A program made the translations under genes and the position numbers. From a virus: DNA of 64,000 nucleotides. The notes under the pieces were generated by a model. That model did no database searches and had not been told where the DNA came from. It saw only the letters and a program-made list of their open reading frames with translations. Where the stretch lies: IMG/VR virus record IMGVR_UViG_3300008267_000054, positions 32,001-96,000 of that record; one strand, 5' to 3'. Positions 58,850-64,000 of this stretch are shown piece by piece. Numbering within the stretch: position 1 is the stretch's first letter; each line of letters opens with the position of its first letter.

Positions 58850-59719
58850 ATGGCTAACGTAGTTGACGAGAATTACCCTAAGAAGGGTCCGATTTCAAAC
58901 GAGGAAATCAAACAAATGTTTGCAGCAGAAGCAGCTGCCGTTGCTGGACAAGCAACACCAATCAAACACGACTTTGCAACAGAGATGATCGACTTACCAT
59001 CTCAAGGTTATTTCTACCCAGAAGGACATCCACTACAAAGTGGCAAACTGGAGATGAAGTATATGACTGCAAAGGAAGAAGATATCTTATCATCAGCAAC
59101 ACTTATTAAACAAGGTGTTGTTATTGATAGATTGATTCAAGCATTGATTGTAGACAAGATTAATTATAATGATCTACTTGTAGCAGATAAGAACGGACTA
59201 CTCATTGCAGCAAGAATTTTGGCATACGGTCCACAGTACGATGTAGAAGTTACTTGTCCTAATTGTGGAGCTAAGAACAATCTCAACATTGATCTATATC
59301 AATTTGAGTCTAAGGATTTAGACTTCAGTAAGTTCCAAAAAGGTCAAACTGAGTTTGAATACAAGTTTCCAAATGGTAAAACTATTACCTACAAATTCTT
59401 AACTCACGGTGACGAAAAGAATATTGAAGCAGAGCTTAAAGGATACAACAAACTTCGCAGCATTAGTGGAGTAGATACTCAGCTGTCTACAAGATTAAAG
59501 CACATTATTGCTTCAGTTGAAGGAGATAATACACAAGCTACTATTAATAAGTTTGTTGATAACATGCTATCAAGAGATTCCTTACAGTTTAGAAAACACT
59601 TAAAAGAAGTGACACCTGACATCGATTTAACATTCCAGTTTGCTTGCAACAGCTGTGATCATGTTGATGACAAGATGCAGTTGCCACTTGGGGTATCCTT
59701 TTTTTGGCCTGGGGCCTAG
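58850..59719 (+). CDS. Tail/baseplate-hub assembly chaperone (T4 gp26-like)
   Basis: LPSQG..Y, MTAKEEDIL, CPNC, CNSC and FFWP terminus; lies between tube and tape measure. Confidence 0.78.
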   Translation: MANVVDENYPKKGPISNEEIKQMFAAEAAAVAGQATPIKHDFATEMIDLPSQGYFYPEGHPLQSGKLEMKYMTAKEEDILSSATLIKQGVVIDRLIQALIVDKINYNDLLVADKNGLLIAARILAYGPQYDVEVTCPNCGAKNNLNIDLYQFESKDLDFSKFQKGQTEFEYKFPNGKTITYKFLTHGDEKNIEAELKGYNKLRSISGVDTQLSTRLKHIIASVEGDNTQATINKFVDNMLSRDSLQFRKHLKEVTPDIDLTFQFACNSCDHVDDKMQLPLGVSFFWPGA

Positions 59720-59903
59720 TTACCGGCCCCTACTCTACGGACAACTCTTTGATCTAATGTATCATGGTAAGATGGGATTTACTCATACAGAACTCTACAA
59801 TTTACCAATATATCTTCGCAATTTTTACTATAAGAAATTGGTAGAGATTCGAAAGCAGGAAAACGAAGAGCATCAGAAAGCAGCGAGTAAAAGTAAAAGA
59901 TAA
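59698..59903 (+). CDS. -1 frame extension of the chaperone (G-T type/gp51-like segment)
   Basis: FTHTELYNLPIYLRNFYYKKL is chaperone-like. There is no convincing independent start, and it begins at a T7 run. Confidence 0.65.
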
Positions 59904-59906
59904 AAG

Positions 59907-59930
59907 AGGCCAGCATAACGCTGGCCTTTT
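59907..59930 (+). terminator. Intrinsic terminator
   Basis: AGGCCAGC-ataac-GCTGGCCT followed by TTT. Confidence 0.75.
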
Positions 59931-59960
59931 CCATTCACAAACTATTTATAAAGAAAAAGG

Positions 59961-60254
59961 ATGACTAGGAAAGAACTTCAGGAAATCATTCAAGAAGAGT
60001 ATGTTAATGTTAGACTCGAAGAAGGTCTACTTTCTTGGGCAAGTGGTGCAGCAGACAATCTTGTTTATGGTATCCTAAATAGAAGAGCGGATATTATGAA
60101 TAGTAAGATTTTTGATGATCCAAAACTATTACAACTTGCCAAAGACCTTAAAATGAGTAAGAGTGATTTTGAAAAAAGGGTAACATCAATGTTATCAAAA
60201 GATAATAGATTTCTAAAAGCACTGGCAACAGTTAGAGCTAAGTACGTTAGATAA
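59961..60254 (+). CDS. Hypothetical protein with an ELQEIIQEE...RLEE leader
   Basis: TATTTATA upstream; its stop overlaps the tape measure ATG (TAATG). Confidence 0.6.
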   Translation: MTRKELQEIIQEEYVNVRLEEGLLSWASGAADNLVYGILNRRADIMNSKIFDDPKLLQLAKDLKMSKSDFEKRVTSMLSKDNRFLKALATVRAKYVR

Positions 60255-63200
60255 TGGCATTAGACGCAGAAGAGTTTGACTTTGAGGGGTTAGGTAGTAA
60301 ACTAACTAACACAATACTTGGGAGCTTTAATGAAGCTCTCGGGAAAATCAAATTTTCTACGATAGGCACCAGCTTAACGGCAGCTTTCAAAGAGGTTAAA
60401 ATGTCCAAAGTAATTGAAGACAGTTTAACAAAGAGTAGCGAAGTTAAAGGTGCAATGAAAGACATTCAGAAAAAATTAGAGGATGGCTTTAATAAAATAA
60501 AATTTAAGGTAGGTGATATTACGGTACCTGAGTTACCAGAGCAAGTTGTCAAAGTAACTGCAGATACGTCCGAATTCAAATTACAAGATCAAAAACCAGT
60601 AGTAGTACCAGTACAGTATAAGTACGATAAATTCGAGCAACAGAAGTTTGATCCAATAACTGTATCTGTTAAATATGAATATCCAAAACCTGAGTTACCA
60701 AAAACAGATCTTTTACAGGTAGGTGTTGAACCTGTTTATGAAAAACTTGTACCACCAAAAGCACAAGATCTCCCAATAACATTAGTACCAGATACAACAA
60801 AGTTAGACGCAGTAAAGCCAACGATTGATACTGGACCATTTGAAAAAGTTGGTGATTTGGTAAGAGAGTTCGTTAACCTAACTCAAGAAGCAAATAAGAA
60901 AACTAAAGTTACCTCAGAACTCTATTCTAAAATTGTTGGTATTGCTGAAAAGCTTGTAGCAACAAAAAGAATGGAAAAAGATGCTATTGATCAGATATTA
61001 GCTTCTTACCAACAAAAAATGGACATACCACAAGCTGAAATTATGGCTGAGGTTGTTGATGTTGATACAAGCAAAGTTGCAGAAGCATCTACCGGTCCAA
61101 TTGAAGTCGAAGCAAATGTTGGTAAAGTTGGAGGTGGAGATTTTAGTAGCATTGAAAAGGCAATGACTGTGCTTATAGGTAAATTAGGTAAGCAACTACA
61201 ATCCTTATTTAAAACATTTGACAATAAGAAGCTCAATATAGCTATACCACCAACAGATCGATTAGATGATTACAAGATAAGCTACGATACTATATCTTCT
61301 GCTGTAGATGAATTAAAAACTGAGGTTGGAGAACTATCTAATCTTGAACTATTCCTATCAGTTTATAGCAAAGATACATACGACATTGTACAAAAGAGAA
61401 TAGCTGTTGAGAATTTATTAGTAGGTAAAAAAAGGGAGGAGCTTGATATTGCTGCACAAGTGATTGGCTTAACTAACACGGCATCATTATCAGAATCACA
61501 GCTAAAAGCATTAATAGAGAGTAAGCTTGTTTCACTCCACAAAGAAGTTGAGTTGAGAGGTTTAATAGTTAACGCTACAGAATCCTATAATACAGCAATA
61601 CAACAATCTGATTTAGGTAAACTAACAGCGGAGCTTTCAAGTCAATTTGGTTTGATTGAGGATGAAGTTGCAGCAAAAGCAACTGTACTAGCTTTAGAGA
61701 ATGAAAGAGTGACTGGCGTTAGAGCACTAACAGCAGAACAGATAACTTTACTACAATCGGAGGATGGTGTATTAAATAAAAAGAAAGAGATCTTAAATGC
61801 TGATCAGGCATTATTGAATCTTAATAAAACAATAGTAGAGTCAAACAAAAAGATTGATCTTACTACACAAACACAACAACTAGCAAATCAATTATCTCTG
61901 TTATCAGAAGAAGCAAAGTTAAAAGCTGAATTGTTGTTACAACAGAAACTTGTAAATGGTGAGGTAGCTGAGCTAACAAACTCAGAAAAATTATCAGTTG
62001 TGTTTCTTGACCAACAAGTAGCATCAAGTAAAAAGTTTGCAGATGCCTTAGCAAAAGTTGGACAAGGGCAAACTGAAATAAGCAATTTGGTTGAGGATCT
62101 CGGCTATGATAAAATAGTAGCCGAACTATCAATACAAAAGAGTTTAACAGAAGCAACAGTTGTTGCACAAGCAAAGAGCCTAATAGCTGCTAAAGTTGCC
62201 GCTGGTGAAGCTGCAAAACTGACTGATGAAGAGCTTTCACAACTACAAGCACTAAATAATCAAATTAAGAGTAATCAGGAAATACTTGGATTAAAGCAGA
62301 GAATTGTTGAGGCAACAAACTCACTATTTAAAACAATGCAAGACGCAACTGCAGAAGCACTTGCTCTTGAGGGTCCAATGTATACACAGTTAGGCCTAAC
62401 TCAGGATTTAACGAGAGAAAAAGCATTAGCAATTATACTCGATGGTCAAAGACGTGGTCTAACCACTGACGAGATTAATATGCAACTTCAATTATTAAAA
62501 AATGAAGATGATATATTACAGAAGACAAGAGAGCGAGTAAATGCATCAAAAGACCTAGAAGCGGCAGCAGACGCATATGCACAAGCAGTTAGACAAGCTG
62601 ATGCAGACATACAAATAAAGAGTTTAATTGTAGCACTTCATTTAACAGAAGATGAGGTAGCACAGGAAGCTAGATTACTTGCGTTAAAGAATCAGCAGGC
62701 AGCAGCCGCCGGCAAATTAACTAAACAGGAGTTAGAGCAAATAAAAGCCAACAACGGTTTACTTAATAGTCAAGTACAGCAGTTAAAGTTAAACAATCAA
62801 ACATTAAGGCACAGAAGAGAAGAGGTAGAATTAGTTGAACACGTTGCAGAGTATCAAAGAGAGGTAAATGAGGAATTAGAAAAATACTCAATGGGTTGGA
62901 AAAAGACAAAGGCAACGATGTCAGCAATCATTAAGGATCCAGCCTTTGCAAAAGGAGTGTTTTTAGCAGGTGCAATAACAAGTGTTGAGAAATTACACCA
63001 CTCTATGCACGAGTTTATGGATGTTGGGATGACTGCTGGTGAGGGTGTAGCAGCAACATTCAAAACACTCTCCGTCGAATCTGTTATGGGTTTGAGTAAG
63101 AGCAAAGACGTACTTACCAGTATGGTTCAAGAAACTGGTAATATGAATACCTTAAATAAGGACCAACTAAACTCAGTTGGTAAAATAGCTGCAAGTTATG

Positions 63201-64000
63201 GTCTTGCCGGTGATGAAGCTTTTGGTTTGTCAATGGCAATATCAAGAATGCCAGGTGAAACAAAAGATACAGCTGCTAATTTTGATAAAACTGTAGCAAG
63301 TGTAGCAAAAATGAAAGGTGTGATGCCGTCTCAGGTAATGAAAGAGATGGCAAAAAACACAGGCAATATGGCATTATTCAGCAAGGGTGGTGCAGAAGGT
63401 TTTGCCAAAGCCGCAGCAACAGCTAAAAAAATGGGTATTGAGGTTTCTTCAATGGCAAAAGCTGCTGAAGGATTATTGGATTTTGAAAATAGTATCAATA
63501 AGCAGATGGAGGCGTCTGTCTTACTAGGTAGAGAAATAAATCTTGATAAAGCAAGAGAACTAGCTCTGTCAGGTGATTTGGAAGGTGCAACCCAAGAAAT
63601 AGTTAGAAATGCTGGAGGTGCAGCTGCATTCGATAAAATGAATGTACTACAAAAGAAAGCATTGGCTGAGGCAGCAGGTTTAACTGTTGAAGAACTACAA
63701 AAAGCAGCAAAAGCACAACAAGATGGTACCGCTGCAACACAAGATCAAGCAAACTCAGCCGAAGAGGGACTTGGAAAAGTATTAAAGCTGGGTGGTGGTC
63801 TTGTAACCGGCTTTGGAGCAATTGCACCAATGCTTATGACTATTACAAGTTTAATGAGTATAATGAACTCCGGTACTGCCTTAGGTGGTATGATTAAAGG
63901 TATGTCTAACTTTGCTGGCTCAACTTTTGAAGCAATAAAAGGTCTAACTAAAATGGTAGCCTTAAATGTTGGTAAAGCACTTGGATTTGGTGAAGGTTCA
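60254..64000 (+). CDS. Tape measure protein, 3'-truncated (at least 1249 aa; missing from the ORF track)
   Basis: ATG at 60254, and no stop seen in the stretches translated by hand up to the window end. A/L/E/K/Q-rich helical repeats; LLDFENSINKQMEASVLLGREINLDKARELAL; position after the chaperone. Confidence 0.85.
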   Translation, partial: MALDAEEFDFEGLGSKLTNTILGSFNEALGKIKFSTIGTSLTAAFKEVKMSKVIEDSLTKSSEVKGAMKDIQKKLEDGFNKIKFKVGDITVPELPEQVVKVTADTSEFKLQDQKPVVVPVQYKYDKFEQQKFDPITVSVKYEYPKPELPKTDLLQVGVEPVYEKLVPPKAQDLPITLVPDTTKLDAVKPTIDTGPFEKVGDLVREFVNLTQEANKKTKVTSELYSKIVGIAEKLVATKRMEKDAIDQILASYQQKMDIPQAEIMAEVVDVDTSKVAEASTGPIEVEANVGKVGGGDFSSIEKAMTVLIGKLGKQLQSLFKTFDNKKLNIAIPPTDRLDDYKISYDTISSAVDELKTEVGELSNLELFLSVYSKDTYDIVQKRIAVENLLVGKKREELDIAAQVIGLTNTASLSESQLKALIESKLVSLHKEVELRGLIVNATESYNTAIQQSDLGKLTAELSSQFGLIEDEVAAKATVLALENERVTGVRALTAEQITLLQSEDGVLNKKKEILNADQALLNLNKTIVESNKKIDLTTQTQQLANQLSLLSEEAKLKAELLLQQKLVNGEVAELTNSEKLSVVFLDQQVASSKKFADALAKVGQGQTEISNLVEDLGYDKIVAELSIQKSLTEATVVAQAKSLIAAKVAAGEAAKLTDEELSQLQALNNQIKSNQEILGLKQRIVEATNSLFKTMQDATAEALALEGPMYTQLGLTQDLTREKALAIILDGQRRGLTTDEINMQLQLLKNEDDILQKTRERVNASKDLEAAADAYAQAVRQADADIQIKSLIVALHLTEDEVAQEARLLALKNQQAAAAGKLTKQELEQIKANNGLLNSQVQQLKLNNQTLRHRREEVELVEHVAEYQREVNEELEKYSMGWKKTKATMSAIIKDPAFAKGVFLAGAITSVEKLHHSMHEFMDVGMTAGEGVAATFKTLSVESVMGLSKSKDVLTSMVQETGNMNTLNKDQLNSVGKIAASYGLAGDEAFGLSMAISRMPGETKDTAANFDKTVASVAKMKGVMPSQVMKEMAKNTGNMALFSKGGAEGFAKAAATAKKMGIEVSSMAKAAEGLLDFENSINKQMEASVLLGREINLDKARELALSGDLEGATQEIVRNAGGAAAFDKMNVLQKKALAEAAGLTVEELQKAAKAQQDGTAATQDQANSAEEGLGKVLKLGGGLVTGFGAIAPMLMTITSLMSIMNSGTALGGMIKGMSNFAGSTFEAIKGLTKMVALNVGKALGFGEGS

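Larger units (their letters stand above)
4052..59950 (+). promoter_or_regulatory. Dispersed TATTTAT(A/T) motif, putative late promoter (span covers all copies)
   Basis: Plus-strand copies just before genes at 4052, 8202, 10059, 16234, 20164, 25221, 27620, 29465, 31028, 32610, 35634, 36336, 37489, 40002, 43232, 47130, 48498, 55481, 55809, 58230 (TACTTATA), 58813 and 59943; one minus-strand copy at 35613-35620. Confidence 0.75.

Noticed and set aside
6265-63830. The many 60-190 aa minus-strand and alternative-frame ORFs in the track
   Set aside because: They overlap long, motif-supported plus-strand genes, have shadow-like composition and lack upstream signals.
1-64000. Stop-codon reassignment as seen in some large phages
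   Set aside because: Genes are full length under the standard bacterial code, and TAG/TGA end genes at sensible places (16232, 27610, 43231).

Overview
This window is the virion-morphogenesis region of a large, AT-rich T4-like myovirus, with almost every gene on the + strand. Start regions are A/T-rich and lack Shine-Dalgarno sequences, which would fit a Bacteroidota host (inference). Gene order: baseplate and accessory structural genes; an endonuclease I/primase/fused SbcCD block; a cluster of small head-associated genes; terminase; portal; prohead protease; scaffold; major capsid; PhoH; neck and tail terminator; Ser/Thr/Gly-rich fibres and spikes; glycosyltransferase and methyltransferase; sheath; tube; tail chaperone; and a tape measure gene running off the right edge. 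The most interesting signals are: (1) many unrelated small proteins and enzymes share N-terminal peptides (MxKLKxLLxE or LRxxIRxEIxKxLxE) ending in T4 gp21-type cleavage sites, a candidate capsid-cargo targeting system whose cargo would include an HxGH nucleotidyltransferase/ligase-like fusion and a HAD phosphatase; (2) a strand-oriented TATTTAT(A/T) motif in front of about 23 genes, the exact reverse complement of the T4 late promoter; (3) a slippery site plus GC hairpin predicting a -1 frameshift in the tail chaperone; (4) two structured 5' leaders; (5) pervasive [S/T]-[G/A/S]-S motifs in virion proteins next to a glycosyltransferase/methyltransferase pair. I saw no tRNA, CRISPR array, intron, intein or mobile element. 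All calls come from reading motifs by eye; no database searches were run.
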